Assembly: GCF_006345805.1 (NCBI RefSeq) | Contig: NC_043000.1 | Coordinates: 9,858,001-9,922,000 of the forward strand | Source: Octopus sinensis | Lineage: Eukaryota | Length of the DNA stretch: 64,000 nt | Reading direction: 5' to 3' | Shown: positions 39,456-53,168 of the stretch, piece after piece | Numbering within the stretch: the first letter of the stretch is position 1 | Layout of the letters: every line of letters starts with the position of its first letter | Made by a program: the position numbers and the translations under genes | Notes under the pieces: model-generated | What the model saw: only the letters and a program-made list of their open reading frames with translations | Told to the model about the DNA's origin: nothing | Databases searched by the model: none

Positions 39456-39736
39456 CAGTTGGTGGTAGAAACTGATTTCCTCAAGATATTTAAGTTAAAT
39501 ATTTTAATGCACAGCCTTAGAGTAACTATCTATGAATAGTTTTAAGTTTACCGAGCTATTGGATTTTACTGTGAGTAGGATGTGGAGAGAATAGTCTTTG
39601 TCACCTGCTTAACTGTCTTACGTGCATTGGTGTAAACCACATTTTTTTGATAAGCGAGGTTGACTTCGAATGGCTGAACTACAATCAATTTGATTATTTG
39701 AGAGAAAAGACAGTACGTGGAGTATTATATTAATGT

Positions 39737-40058
39737 GAGGGCGCGTGGCTTAGTGGTTAGGGCATTCGGCTCATGATCGTAAGGTTGTGAGTTCGATTCC
39801 CGGCGACGCGTTGTGTCCTTGAGCAAGACACTTTATTTCACGTTGCTCCAGTCCACTCAGCTGGCAAAAATGAGTTGTACTTGTATTTCAAAGGGCCGGC
39901 CTTGTCACTCTCTGTGTCACGCTGATTATCCCCGAGAACTACGTTAAGGGTACACGTGTCTGTGGAATGCTCAGCCATTTGCACGTTAATTTCACGAGCA
40001 AGCTGTTCCGTTGATCGTATCAGCTGGGACCCTCGTCGTCGTAACCGGCGGAGTCTTT
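39737..40058 (+). mobile_element. SINE family B variant with a 12-bp TSD
   Basis: GAGGGCGCGTGGCTTAGTGGTTAGGG...GAGTTCGATTCCC; TTATATTAATGT at 39725-39736 and 40059-40070; 3' body shared with 36294-36676. Confidence 0.9.
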
Positions 40059-41099
40059 TTATATTAATGTAGATTCCTTATCGATTGATGGCAAGATTCT
40101 ATGGAAGCAGAGACTATGACTTGTGAGGATATCTGCCTTAAGCATTCTGACATATCGAGCTAGAAGCTGCCATAGCCGATGATTAATAGATGTCCAATCA
40201 AAAAATGATTTTAATATTTAAAAGGAAAAACACCTTCGTACGCATATTCAAAAAAGTGTACACACACGCGCACACACACACATCGGCACACAAATTGTAT
40301 CTCTGTGTTAAATCCAGCATTTTAATATTTCATTCTAGACGAGGTTTGATAAATAGTATTTAGCACGTCAGTCATAGAAATGATTGACCCAACATGAGTG
40401 AGAAGCTGATAAGAAAATGTAACTCTCTTTAAACATCGATTTCAAATAGCAAAACAGTGACCATGCAATTCAGATATTATTGTCACAGGAAATTGGGTAA
40501 CGTAGATAACAAAATCTGTAATCTATGAATGTAATACAAAACAGAAATTCAAATAGTTTTCAGTCTTCTTCTCTCAGCTCCATGTTGAAGCAAGGCTGTT
40601 ATGTATGTGTACAACCGATCAATATTCCAGCCACAGAGGGAGCCTCTACGTGGATCGCTTGACCTGCTACATAGGACAGCTAAATAATTCTAAAATTATA
40701 ACCGCCATCTTTAAAAAGGAAGTTGAACATATTTAATTTTATTATCCAAATGATATGAACTATGTCCGAAAGACAGGATGGTCACGGTGTGAATGTCTAT
40801 CATCAGGGATTTAATCAGGACTGTGTTAGAGGTAAAGACGAAAAAAAGTAGGAGGAGGAGGAGAAAAGAAGAAGAAGAAGAAGAAGAAGAAGGACAACAA
40901 CAACAACAGTAATAAAAACAACAACACTGATAACAACTATATCAACAATAACAATAATTACGACGACGACAACAACAATAACAGCAACACCAAAAATCAG
41001 CCATTTATCGTTGCAATTTTTAACAGAAAATATCTAAAGTAATACGTTTTACAACTACTGGAGTAGTTCTATAATTTAATAAATAAGCAGAAAGAAATA

Positions 41100-41497
41100 A
41101 TCCTTTCTATTATAGACGCAAGGTCTGAAGTTTTTAGGGGAGGGAACTAGTCGATTACATTGACCCTAGAGTTTCACTGGCACTTAATTTATCAACTCCG
41201 AAAGGATGAAAGGCAAAGTAGACATCGGCAGAATTTTAACTCAGAACGTAGCGACGAGCGAAATACCTATTTCTTTACAATCCACAAGGGGGTAAACAGA
41301 GGGGACAAACAAGGACAGACAAACGGATTAAGTCGATTATATCGACCCCAGTGCGTAACTGGTACTTATTTAATCGACCCCGAAAGGATGAAAGGCAAAG
41401 TCTACCTCGGTGGAATTCGAACTCAGAACGTAGCGGCAGACAAAATATCGCTAAGCATTTCGCCCGGCGTCCTAGCGATTCTGCCAGCTCGCCGCCT
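41100..41497 (-). mobile_element. Dimeric SINE (family A monomer + 5'-truncated A2 monomer)
   Basis: Minus junction GTAAAGAAATAG|GTATTTCGCTCG near 41265. Confidence 0.8.
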
Positions 41498-41809
41498 TTA
41501 AACAGAAAGAAATAATAATGTATGTTTTCTTCTATCAATATTGCTTTGAGAAACGTTGCTCGGCAGAGTAACACGCTAATACTTTTCATTTGTCTTGGCT
41601 ATGAAATGTCCATTTGATATGAAACTTTTAAAAGACACCACTTTAGATGTTTACCATTTCTATGGAAATGGTAATCACGTCTCATGTATCCAAGGCTATT
41701 GAAAAATTCTATGAAAACTGAGTTTTACAATGTAAATATTATGAGTAAATGTGAATGGGATTTAGTTATAAAATGAATTACCAAGGAAATCTTTTAGCCT
41801 TTGCATTTA

Positions 41810-42155
41810 CTTGCTTCAGTCATTGGATTGCAGCCATACTGGGGCACCGCTGTGATGTGCTTAGTTGAACGAATCAACTCAGTACTTACTTTTTAAGTGT
41901 GGTATTTATTTTACCGATGTCTTTTGCCTAACCGTCAGGTTACAGAGATGTAAACAAACCAACACCGGTTGTCAATCTGTGTCAAGGGAGGGTGACGGAC
42001 ACACATGTAAACGAAGGTCTTCCACAAACTTACCGTCCCCCAAAATTCCACACAAGGCATTGGTCGACCCGGGCTATAGTAGAAGACACTTGCTCAACAA
42101 CGTCGCACAGTGGAACTGAACCCGAAACCACGTGGTTGCGAAGCGAGCTCAACTT
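41810..42155 (-). mobile_element. SINE family C, diverged
   Basis: CTATAGTAGAAGACACTTGCTCAA...GGAACTGAACCCGAAACCACGTGG. Confidence 0.75.
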
Positions 42156-42535
42156 ATTGTCACAAAGTATTGTTGTCGTTGTATAGCCCCAGATCAATTT
42201 TGATCAATCACACTTCCAGCAGAAGCCAATGATTTGTTGTCCTAGATATATCATATCGACGTATAGCTGAGAATTATATCGCTCACACTGAAATTGCATT
42301 GACGAATATATGGTGTGTAGTGTGTTAGTCTGGACATAAAAGCTTCATATTTCGTGCAGAGTTACTTATTAAATCAGAGGGTTTCATGTGGTTTGACCAA
42401 CTAATAATTATATTCTCGCATGTATTTGTTTCATGCGGGGTACATTTTTCAAATTCTATTCTATATATTTCACGTAGACTGATGTCACAGCTTTAAATAT
42501 CCTTTCTACGTTCCGATATATATATATATTTTTAG

Positions 42536-43038
42536 TACACTTGTTGGTTCAGGTGGTTGCCTACAGACGTGATGTGCAAAATGGATTCGGTAAGAACATG
42601 GCAGCTTCGGTTGCTCAGCAAGTATCATTCGAACAAAAGAATTTGAATCACGCGGTGTCATATTTGGTGTGACTCCCGAGAAGTACATAAAACTGAAAAG
42701 AATATATTAAAAAGCCGAAGACACGAAAAACGAAATCAAATAACAAAGGCAAAACAAAAAAAAAAAAACAAAAAAAACGTCGAACATTGCTTTATTTGAA
42801 AAAGTTAGGCGTAAGAATAAAAATTATAACTGTCTAGACCATTTGTCTTCCCAATACATCGAATCTATCGATATGGTCGTTAAACAAATAAACAAATAAA
42901 ATGAAGCCCAAATTAGCAAATACAAAAAAATCTGAATAGTAAAAATTATCTATAAATGAGCTTATTTCATTTTCAGATGGAAACAGAGTGGTTCCTGTTA
43001 ATAGAGAAGAAAATGAAGCAGACATCCACCGACATTGA
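42536..43038 (+). CDS. Candidate two terminal exons of an unidentified gene (42536-42589, 42977-43038)
   Basis: TTTTTAG|...TTCG|GTAAGA and TTTCATTTTCAG|AT...TGA join in phase 1 to xHLLVQVVAYRRDVQNGFDGNRVVPVNREENEADIHRH*; no homology recognised. Confidence 0.2.
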
Positions 43039-43064
43039 AATATATATATTTATGTATGTATGTG

Positions 43065-43397
43065 AAGGCGCGTGGCTCAGTGGTTAGAGCGTCGAGCTTA
43101 CGATCGTGAGGTTGTGAGCTCGAATCCCGGACCGGGCTGCGTGTTGTGTTCTTGAGCAAGACACTTTATTTCACGTTGCTCCAGTTCACTCAGCTGTAGA
43201 AATGAGTTGCGACGTCACAGGTGCCAAGCTGTATCGGCCCCTTTGCCTTTCCCTTGCATAACACTGGTGGCGTGGAGAGGGGAGGCCGGTATGCATGGGC
43301 GACTGCTGGTCTTCCATGAAACAACCTTGCCCAGACTTGTGCCTCAGAGAGAAACTCTCTAGGTGCAAACCCATGGTCAGTGTCTGACCGAAGGGGG
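43065..43397 (+). mobile_element. SINE, family B-type head with a different 3' body
   Basis: GAAGGCGCGTGGCTCAGTGGTTAGAGCG...GCTCGAATCCCG...GAGCAAGACACTTTATTTCACGTTGCTCCAG. Confidence 0.85.
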
Positions 43398-43746
43398 TAT
43401 GTATGTATGTATGTATGTATGTATGTATGTATGTATGTATGTATGTATGTATGCATGCATGCATGCATGCATGCATGCATGCATGCATGCATGTATGTAT
43501 GTATGTTTGTTTTTATGTCATAAAGACAATTTTTCATAAAACGGAAGGATTACTTAATACTTTTTGCCGAGTATACATTTATTAATCTCTTACAAGAATA
43601 GTACTGACAGTGACTTCGAAATTTCGGCCTGGTAACTAATTACCGGATTGATGTATACATATATGATTAATAGTTTTTGTATGCGTAAAATAATGTAGCT
43701 ATATTCCGTGGAGAATATCCATGATACAAATTTATGCGAGGGAGCC

Positions 43747-44365
<619 letters not shown>

Positions 44366-44866
44366 TGTATGAAGACAGTCTGTTCTAACACAGAGCTTGA
44401 CCACTTCAAGAACAAGCACAGCTTTAGCTCTTCAACTGAGAACAGATATGGCTTTTGAGGCCGGAGACTCTCTAGACAAACTTTCCACAAATATTGCAAA
44501 CATGTCTCAGATCTGAATCTGTTATTTCATTGTGCCTCTTTAGACATGGTGGGCTTAATGTTGTTCCCGTATGATTGTAAATGAGATTTTAGACCATATT
44601 TTTTGAGAGGCAGTTCCTGCCAGATACCTCGCAATGATATGAAGTGGCCCAAGGTGTCGGAAAATTCCTCTTTACGCAATTTTCTTTTCGGTTTACGATG
44701 TTTGATTTACTTGCTTTTAAATGCTCTTACTTAAATGCTGTTATTAATTTCTCTAGTTCAAATAGTTCGTTTACCTTTGTGATGCAGAGACAAAATTCGA
44801 CCCACTAATGACACTACTGACACGGACGTTTACAAACACACACACTCACAAACACACACACACACA

Positions 44867-44920
<54 letters not shown>

Positions 44921-44923
<3 letters not shown>

Positions 44924-45138
44924 TTTGATCACTTTGACCGACCAGTCCGCCAGGCGTCCATTTGACACCGCTGGTCACAGCACGCTGTCCACTCCTCTCT
45001 GGATCGTGCCTTTCTCATCCACGTGATCCCAATCGTCCTCTTGAAATCGTCACTCCACCGTCGTGGAGGTCTTCCGGGTGGTCTTTTCCGCTCACGCGGG
45101 TACCACTCGACAACTGCGTGCGTCCACCGATTATCTCG
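44921..45138 (-). mobile_element. RTE-clade LINE 3' fragment inserted between (TA)n and (CA)n
   Basis: Minus ORF DNRWTHAVVEWYPRERKRPPGRPPRRWSDDF...WMRKARSREEW; ends in (AAGTGATC)n. Confidence 0.85.
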
Positions 45139-45179
45139 GCACACACACACACACACATATATATATTTATAAACGTACA

Positions 45180-46110
45180 CTATTGGCTTCCATACAGTCT
45201 ACAAAATTCACTCATAGGTCACTAATTGGCCCGGGGCTATAGTAGAAGGCACTTACCGAAGGTGATGTGCTATTATATTGAATACGAGACCCAGAAGTTG
45301 TAAAGTGAGCTTGTTAATCATGTAGCTATGCCTGCACCTCTACTGTATATAGCGGTCATGCTGGAGTATCGCCTTTAGTCGAACAAACCCACTTCAGGAC
45401 TTTTTCTTTGTAAGCCTGATATTTATTCGATAGTTGTTTTTGCCGTTACATTACGGGGACGTAAACACACCAACATTGGTTGTCAAGCGATGGTGGGGGT
45501 AGAACCGTAGACACACACACACACACACTCATATACAATACGACAGGCTTCTTTCAGTTTCCGCCTACCAAATCCACGCACAAGGCTTTGATCAGCCCGA
45601 GGCTATAGTAAAAGATACTTGCCCAAGGTACCACGCAGTGGAATTGATCCCGGAACGTTGTGGTTGGTAAGGAAGCTACTTCCGCGACTATACTCTTTAC
45701 TCTTTTTTACTCTTTTACTTTTTCAGTCATTTGACTGCGGCCATGCTGGAGCACCGCCTTTAGTCGAGCAAATCGACCCCGGGACTTATTCTTTGTAAGC
45801 CCAGTACTTATTCTATCGGTCTCTTTTGTCGAACCTCTAAGTGACGGGGACGTAAACACACCAGCATCGGTTGTCAAGCAATGCTAGGGGGACAAAAACA
45901 GACACACAAACATTTACACACACAGTTATATATATATACATATATACAACAGGCTTCTTTCAGTTTTCCGTCTACGAAATCCACCCACAAGGCATTGGTC
46001 GGTCTGGGGCTATAGCAGAAGACACTTGCCCAAGATGCCACGCAGTGGGACTGAACCTGGAACCATGTGGTTGGTTAGCAAGCTACTTACCACTCAGCCA
46101 CTCCTGCGCC
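45180..46110 (-). mobile_element. Cluster of three stacked family C SINE copies
   Basis: CTATAG(T/C)A(G/A)AAG..ACTT(G/A)CC(C/G)AAG repeated at ~45240, ~45605 and ~46012; (TTTTACTC)n tail at 45692-45720. Confidence 0.8.
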
Positions 46111-47181
46111 TATATTTATTTATATTTTACAACTCTTAATATTTATATTTGCATGCGAATTTGCAAAATTGTATGCTGATTCGATGTATTTTCTGCTTTA
46201 TTTTTATATCACAGAAGTGTGTGAGAGAGAGAGAGAGAAGGAAGGAGAGAGGAGGAGAAAGAGAGAGGGAGATAGAGACAAGGGGAGAAAGAGAAAGATA
46301 GGAGAGAGGAAAACAAATAGAGATAGGGAAAGAGAAAGAAGTAGAGAGAAAGAGGGATAGAAGCTGAAAAGTGGAAGAGAGAGGGTGAGAGTAAGATGAG
46401 AGGAAGACGAAGCTTGTTGCTAACTTCGTGCAGCTGTTTTACATTAATAAAATCTTAAGATAATTCCACCTCTGACATTTTATAATCTCTGCATTAAGCT
46501 TTCCAACATTTCATGATGTCGCCACTATCTTTTATTTTGATTTTTGCGTTTCAAAATGCAACCAAAAACCAATTCATAATTTCCTTTTACTTGAATATTG
46601 GACATATTTAAAAGCAGAAAATGAAATATCATAATAGAAATACGTCTGCGGAAGTGGGCGTATTTATATTAAGATTCAGGTACTTGGTGTGTTCTAGAAA
46701 AATGAAGTGGACTTTGAAAATTTTTTCAAGCTGACAGTTCAAAAAATACTGCCTAAGGAACAGTCAGTAAATAAAGATAAGATGTTTACAAGGACAATCT
46801 GAGGTTATCAAGAGTTTCAATAGTATAAGTTGTTTTCCTACCGCCTCATACAATTTGCAAAGACAATGCAATGATTATATAGCAGTGTGGTCATGAAAGG
46901 TCGCGTCGTAACCTTATGATTTCAGATTGGGTCTTTATGGTGCAACGCTTTTAGCATGCGTTTTCTACATATTGGAAGTTGTCTCGAGTTGACCGGGGAT
47001 TCAGTGTACACACACACACACACACGCACGGACGCACGGACGCACGCACGCACGTACGCATGCACGCGTACACACACACACATATTCTTACACATACTCA
47101 CATACACATACACACACGTATGTATACATACCTGCATATATATATATAGTAACTCTTAATAAGTATATATATAAATAATAT

Positions 47182-47455
47182 GGAGGAGCAATGGCCAAGT
47201 GGTTAGGGCAGCGGACTCGCGGTTTCGATTCCCAGACCGGGCGTTGTGTGTGTTTATTGACCGAAAACACCTAAAAGCTCCACATTCTCCGGCAGGGGGT
47301 GGTGATCCCTGCTGTACTCTTTCACCACTTTCTCTCACTCTTTCTTCTGTTGGCCTGCTCGCTTAGCCAGCGAAGGCTAAAACAATGCGAACGAATTGTG
47401 ACCAGCGATGTGTACCAACATCTGATGGTGTGGTCGGTCACGTGATCACGTGATA
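47182..47455 (+). mobile_element. SINE family B head with RTE-like 3' tail, ending at (TA)n
   Basis: GGAGGAGCAATGGCCAAGTGGTTAGGGCAGCGG ... TTGTGACCAGCGATGTG...TGGTCGGTCACGTGATCACGTGAT. Confidence 0.85.
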
Positions 47456-47906
47456 TATATATATATACATATATACATATATGTGTGTATGTATGTATGT
47501 ATGTATGTAGGTAGGTAGGTAGGTATATGCGCCGGGCTTCCGCACGGGGCGACAGAAGAGAACACTTGTCCAAGGTGTCACAGTGGAATTGACGTCCGGA
47601 ACTTCTTATCACAAAGCCACCCCTGCATACATACAATGATAATACATACATATACTAGGTACTTTAAAGGTACCGTGAAAGGCCTGTTGGATGCTCAACC
47701 CTCCAAGTTCTTTTACAGGTCTTGGAAAAACTGAAGCACAGCTGCTGTAGATGTCTGAATCTGAGAGAGGAATACGTTGAATAAAGTCATAATCAATTGA
47801 TCCGCTTGTATTTTGTTTTACCCAAAGCCAGGAACTTTTCAGCAACCCTTCGTGTGTGTGTGTGTGTGTGTATGTGTGTGTGTGTGTGTATCTCTCTCGC
47901 TATACA

Positions 47907-47939
<33 letters not shown>

Positions 47940-48221
47940 TAGAAGAAATGAGGTACTCAGAAATCAGGATGGTTTTATATTTACAGATATTTATTAGTAT
48001 GTTACATGTTTTTATACATCATATATAATATATATTAGCGCTTTCGTCCCTTCAATTTGAAGACTCCACTAGAATGGATGAAAGCGCTATTATATGATAT
48101 ATGATATATGATGTATAAAAACATGTAACAGACTAATAAATATCTGTAAATATAAAACCATCCAGATTTCTGAGTACCTCATTTCTTCTAATATATAATA
48201 CCTGTACATCATCTTCAAACC

Positions 48222-48450
<229 letters not shown>

Positions 48451-48876
48451 ACACACACACTTGTGTGTTAACAACAACAATAATAAAATTGATGGTGGGA
48501 TGTTAGAAGTGCTGATCAAATGAACATTGATTCGAAACAACATTCCAAAATATAGTCAAACAATTATTCCTTTTGTTGCGGTCAAAGTAAAGAATCTTTC
48601 ACGTGCCGACCTAATCGTGACGTCTAAACTACATACTTATTGGTCAAAATATAGTTAGCACTTAGTTGGTGCGCTAACCAAACCGTGACATGCTGATTGG
48701 TCAAAAAAGAATTTGTAAGATTCAGCTAGCTGAAGCCCATCGGAAGGTATTTAAAGGATGAATCCAGCCATTTCACTAGAGTTGTCAAATTGTGGAACCC
48801 TACTATCGTTACTACGTAAACCCGATGACTGCGTAATGCATGAAAGCACTAATTTATTTTCAATATTATTAAATTG

Positions 48877-49029
48877 AATTATACCATATAGAAAAAATTA
48901 AATATACGATAAAACATGCACCAATAATTAATAATTGGTAACTTATATATTTTATTAATTATTTTGTACTTTACTTAATTATTGGCATATGTTTTATCGT
49001 ATATTTAATTTTTTCTATATGGTATAATT
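48877..49029. repeat. AT-rich ~55-bp near-perfect inverted repeat (hairpin), ~43-nt spacer
   Basis: AATTATACCATATAGAAAAAATTAAATATACGATAAAACAT... at 48877-48931 and its reverse complement at 48975-49029. Confidence 0.85.
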
Positions 49030-49232
49030 TAATTATATCATTGTTATTTCATTGTTGAACTGATAAAAGGTGGTTTTTCTCTAATTTATATACATATATT
49101 ATATATTGTGAAATTTGATTTAGTTTTATTAAATTGAATTTTTCCCTGTGAGTTTCGAATAATATTCCCTATTATTATTATTATTATTATCATCATCATC
49201 AATATTATTATTATTATTATCATCATCATCAA

Positions 49233-49277
<45 letters not shown>

Positions 49278-49278
<1 letters not shown>

Positions 49279-49415
49279 CGAGGTTGACTTTGCCTTTCAC
49301 CCTTTCGGGGTTGATAAATTAAGTGCCAGTTACGCACTGCGGTCGATATAATCGACTTAATCCGTTTGTCTGTCCTTGTTTGTCCCCTCTGTGTTTAGCC
49401 CCACGTGGGCAATAG
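49278..49415 (+). mobile_element. Family A SINE 3' half after (ATT)n
   Basis: CGAGGTTGACTTTGCCTTTCACCCTTTCGGGG...TTTAGCCCCACGTGGGCAATAG. Confidence 0.85.
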
Positions 49416-49637
49416 AGAAATAAAAAAAAATTATTATTATTAATATATATACAAAATGGAACAAGAACGCAAAACGCTTCGCGAGGTGTGCAAATCGTTA
49501 GTAACTCTTAAAATATGATTATACTCACACACACATTCACACACATTCACACCCATACATATATATGTGTGCGTGAATACGTGTGCATGTGTATGTATGT
49601 GTGTGTGTGTTTGTGTGTGTGTGCGTGTGCGTGTGTG

Positions 49638-49672
<35 letters not shown>

Positions 49673-50393
49673 TTGTAAACGTCCGTGTCAGTAGTTTCAT
49701 TAGTGGGCCGAATTTTGTCTCTGCATCACAAAGGTAACGGAACTATTTGAACTATAGAAATCAATAACATAAGTACCAGGACGAAATATCTGCTGAGAGA
49801 GGGTGGTAATATGATCAGCTAACATCTTTGAAGGTAGTACTGCAGAATGGTTGCAGTCCAATCACTGAAATTAGAAAAAGAATAACAGACTATGGAGTAA
49901 TGATACAGTAATATACAAATGCCACATGATTATATTAAATATACTACATCATTTTAGGAAGGTAGAAAGAAAAGAGAAAGATGTTCAATGCCTTTGTGAA
50001 GTACATCTTCCTTTCGTACGAAAAGGTAGTCTTGTGTCTTATAATTAGAAAGAAGAGAAGTTGTGGGGTTCATCATTTTCTGAAGTCTGTTATTAAAGTA
50101 TTGACAAATGGCACCAGTTACGCATCGAAGCTGAATTTTAAAATCGGTTCTTCAAGCACATCGAACTTGATCATGCTGCCCATTGCTGAAAGAGTAATGT
50201 GCTAGATAGGTACGTCCGCATGGAAGATGATTTAGTAGAAAGTGGTAACTCGGAGATCTGGGAATCTCTCCAAATCGAGCCGCATTGAAAAATCTGGCAT
50301 TACGGATATGTGGTTAGAATGAGGTACTCCAGTGTCACTCTGATGGCATGCACTGCTCTCTCACTTAATAATGATAATAATAATAATAATAAT

Positions 50394-50514
50394 CGTGAAT
50401 CCTTTATATCAGAAGATCCTAAATCCCGGACCGTGGGCCAGTATCATGTTGTGGATCATTTAGTACCGGGCTGCACAGAAAGAACACATTTAAAAAATTT
50501 ATTTCTATTTTGAC
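50394..50514 (+). mobile_element. hAT/Charlie-like MITE fragment (second copy 58236-58356)
   Basis: 120-bp near-identical pair; the second copy runs on to TTTGAGAAACGCTG (~58536), a hAT-type TIR. Confidence 0.5.
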
Positions 50515-50690
50515 AGGAATTTGAGGGGAGGGGGATGGTCGATCACATGGACGTCAGTACTTGACTGGTTACTTAATTTATCGACCCCGAAAGGATGAAA
50601 GGCAAAGTCGACCTCGGCAGAATTTGAACTCAGGACCTAAGGACGGACGAAATACTGCTAAGTATTTTTCCCGGCGTGCTAACGATTCTG
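50512..50690 (-). mobile_element. SINE family A2
   Basis: GACCCCGAAAGGATGAAAGGCAAAGTCGACCTCGGCAGAATTTGAACTCAG. Confidence 0.8.
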
Positions 50691-51124
50691 CAACAAAAAT
50701 AGTAATAGTAACAACAATAATCCGGTGTTTGAAAGAAAATAATAATAGAAATGTAAAAGTTAAAACTTTCCAGCATCACCTACTCGACGGTTACGCTGTC
50801 ACATGAACGGTTAACTGAAAAGGTATATACAACCAGAGAAGTTCAGTGGTCAGTGATTATTTAAAATATGTTCTGCCAATTCTTGTACATACGTAGAATG
50901 CATATGAAACGTTAGACATCGATATACATCGTCAATTCGTGTGTTGAAACAAATCATGTGTCTAAGAAGGGTCATTACGCCAATAAAACGTAGAAGAAAT
51001 ACACGTACTGGTTCAATAATACTTCATTATTTCATCAACTAATTGGTTTATTCAATGTGTTGATTGAACAATTGTATACATACAAACACACACACTCATA
51101 CATACACACATATACATACATACA

Positions 51125-51156
<32 letters not shown>

Positions 51157-51606
51157 CATACATACATACATACATACATACATACATACATACATACATA
51201 CATACATACATACATGCATGCATAGGTGCAAGACTAGTTCTTAGACAGACTCAAGGCAAACCATGAAGACAGTGGACATGTCATTGATGAGGTTACGAAT
51301 CGCGACGAAAGGATTCTGACAGAGAAATCCAAAACACGATTGATTGTTCAACCTACACATTAAATAAACCAATGATATTGATCCAGTGCGTGTGATTATT
51401 TCAACTGCTATTGGCTTAAAGAACCTCCCTAGACACAACATTATTATAAACTTTCAGTTATGCAACAAACAACACGATAATAAATTAGAAATGCTTGGCA
51501 GTAAACTATAAAACTTCAATCAAGTCACGTTTGCAACACCATATGTCATTAAAGAAAGCAGAATCCCATTTATAAAAATTACATTTGTTTACACGTGTAT
51601 ATAGAG

Positions 51607-51818
51607 AACCTATCAGAGAACCACGGCATGATAGATCGTCAGCCACTACACACATTTTTTTCTTTCCTTGTTTCTCTCCTTGTTTTTTCTGTATCCCTTT
51701 CTGTAGAAGAGCGTAGGCTCGAAAAGTAAATGACTTTTTCTATTCCTGAGCGTTATACTATTACATCTGTTTGTTTTGTACACCACCTGTCTTAGTCTTT
51801 TGTTTTTTCGTAAACTCT

Positions 51819-51820
<2 letters not shown>
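51607..51820 (+). mobile_element. Family X pLTR-like element ending at (TA)n
   Basis: CTTT CTGTAGA A GAGC GTAG GCTC GAAAAGTAAATGAC (two private substitutions); its 5' ~140 bp is repeated at 52555-52696. Confidence 0.65.
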
Positions 51821-51857
<37 letters not shown>

Positions 51858-52065
51858 GTGAAATAGAAAGATGAATAATCTTGTAGTAGATTAATCAAAA
51901 GTTTAACCGATACCTTAGTAGCAAAAATCACAGCAGGAAACAGCACGGTTGGAGGTACAACCATATGGTGTTGCAACCGTGCGTTGGTGCGGATAATTGA
52001 AATTAAAACATTGTTGGTGAATTGAAGAAATGGAGCTGAACGCAGATTGAACAGAAATCGTTTTA

Positions 52066-52155
52066 TTTCATTCTACACGTGTTTCGAAAGGCACAAATTA
52101 CCAAAATCCGATTGAATAATGGGACCATATTGTGTCTTTCTCTTCAGGAAGAAAA
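52066..52155 (-). ncRNA. Type I hammerhead ribozyme motif, complete core
   Basis: Minus: TTTTCTTC CTGAAGA GAAAGACAC..GTGCCTTTC GAAA C-ACGT-G TA GAATGAAA; palindromic stem III ACACGTGT; GUA at 52076-52074. Confidence 0.75.
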
Positions 52156-53078
52156 TAGGAAATCCGTTGGAAAAACAAAAACAGAACAGAGGCGGAGCAA
52201 AAACAAATCTAACTATGCTCCTAAGAGCCCATGGCGAAACTGTTTATCAGTGTATGTTGAGAACCGGTGGCTGAAGAATTCAACGGGTCAGGCATCGGTC
52301 AATCATGTGGGTGAGGGTGTATAGATGTTCTTTGTGACCGAGAATAAAGTTCTGACTATTTAAGGAATATTGGATGTTTTATAAGGGGCGAGAAAAAATC
52401 TACTTAGAGACGTGTGTGTATACTGTTCTATATATGTGTGTGTTGGCGTAGGGGTAGAAAACATTTTTTGTGTACGTGTGTGCGTTTGATCGTTCGGCTG
52501 TCAGTGGCTACTGCCGTGAGAACCGTTGGGTGGCAGAAAAAAAAAAAAAAAAAAACCTATCAGAGAACCACGCCATGATAGATCGTCAGCCACTACACAC
52601 ATTTTTTTCTTTCCTTGTTTCTCTCCTTGTTTTTTTCTGTATCCCTTTCTGTAGAAGAGCGTAGGCTCGAAAAGTAAATGACTTTTTCTATTCCTGCCAC
52701 CCAACGGTTCTCACGGCAGTAGCCACTGACAGCCGAACGATCAAACGCACACACGTACACAAAAAATGTTTTCTACCCCTACGCCAACACACACATATAT
52801 AGAACAGTATACACACACACACGTCTCTAAGTAGATTTTTTCTCGCCCCTTATAAAACATCCAATATTCCTTAAATAGTCAGAACTTTATTCTCGGTCAC
52901 AAAGAACATCTACACACCCTCACCCACATGATTTACCGATGCCTGACCCGTTGAATTCTTCAGCCACCGGTTCTCAACATACACTGATAAACAGTTTCGC
53001 CATGGGCTCTTAGGAGCATAGTTCGATTTGTTTTTGCTCCGCCTCTGTTCTGTTTTTGTTTTTCCAACGGATTTCCTA

Positions 53079-53168
53079 TTTTCTTCCTGAAGATAAAGAC
53101 ACAATATGGTCCCATTATTCAATCGGATTTTGGTAATTTGTGCCTTTCGAAACACGTGTAGAATGAAA
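53079..53168 (+). ncRNA. Mirror copy of the hammerhead, with the G10.1-C11.1 pair broken
   Basis: CTGAAGA 53087-53093, then T53094 where the left arm has G; GAAA 53149-53152; GUA 53158-53160. Confidence 0.6.

Noticed and set aside
52079-52324. Near-identical 81-aa ORFs on opposite strands (also 52910-53155)
   Set aside because: A by-product of the palindrome; antisense to the HHR strand, no recognisable domain.
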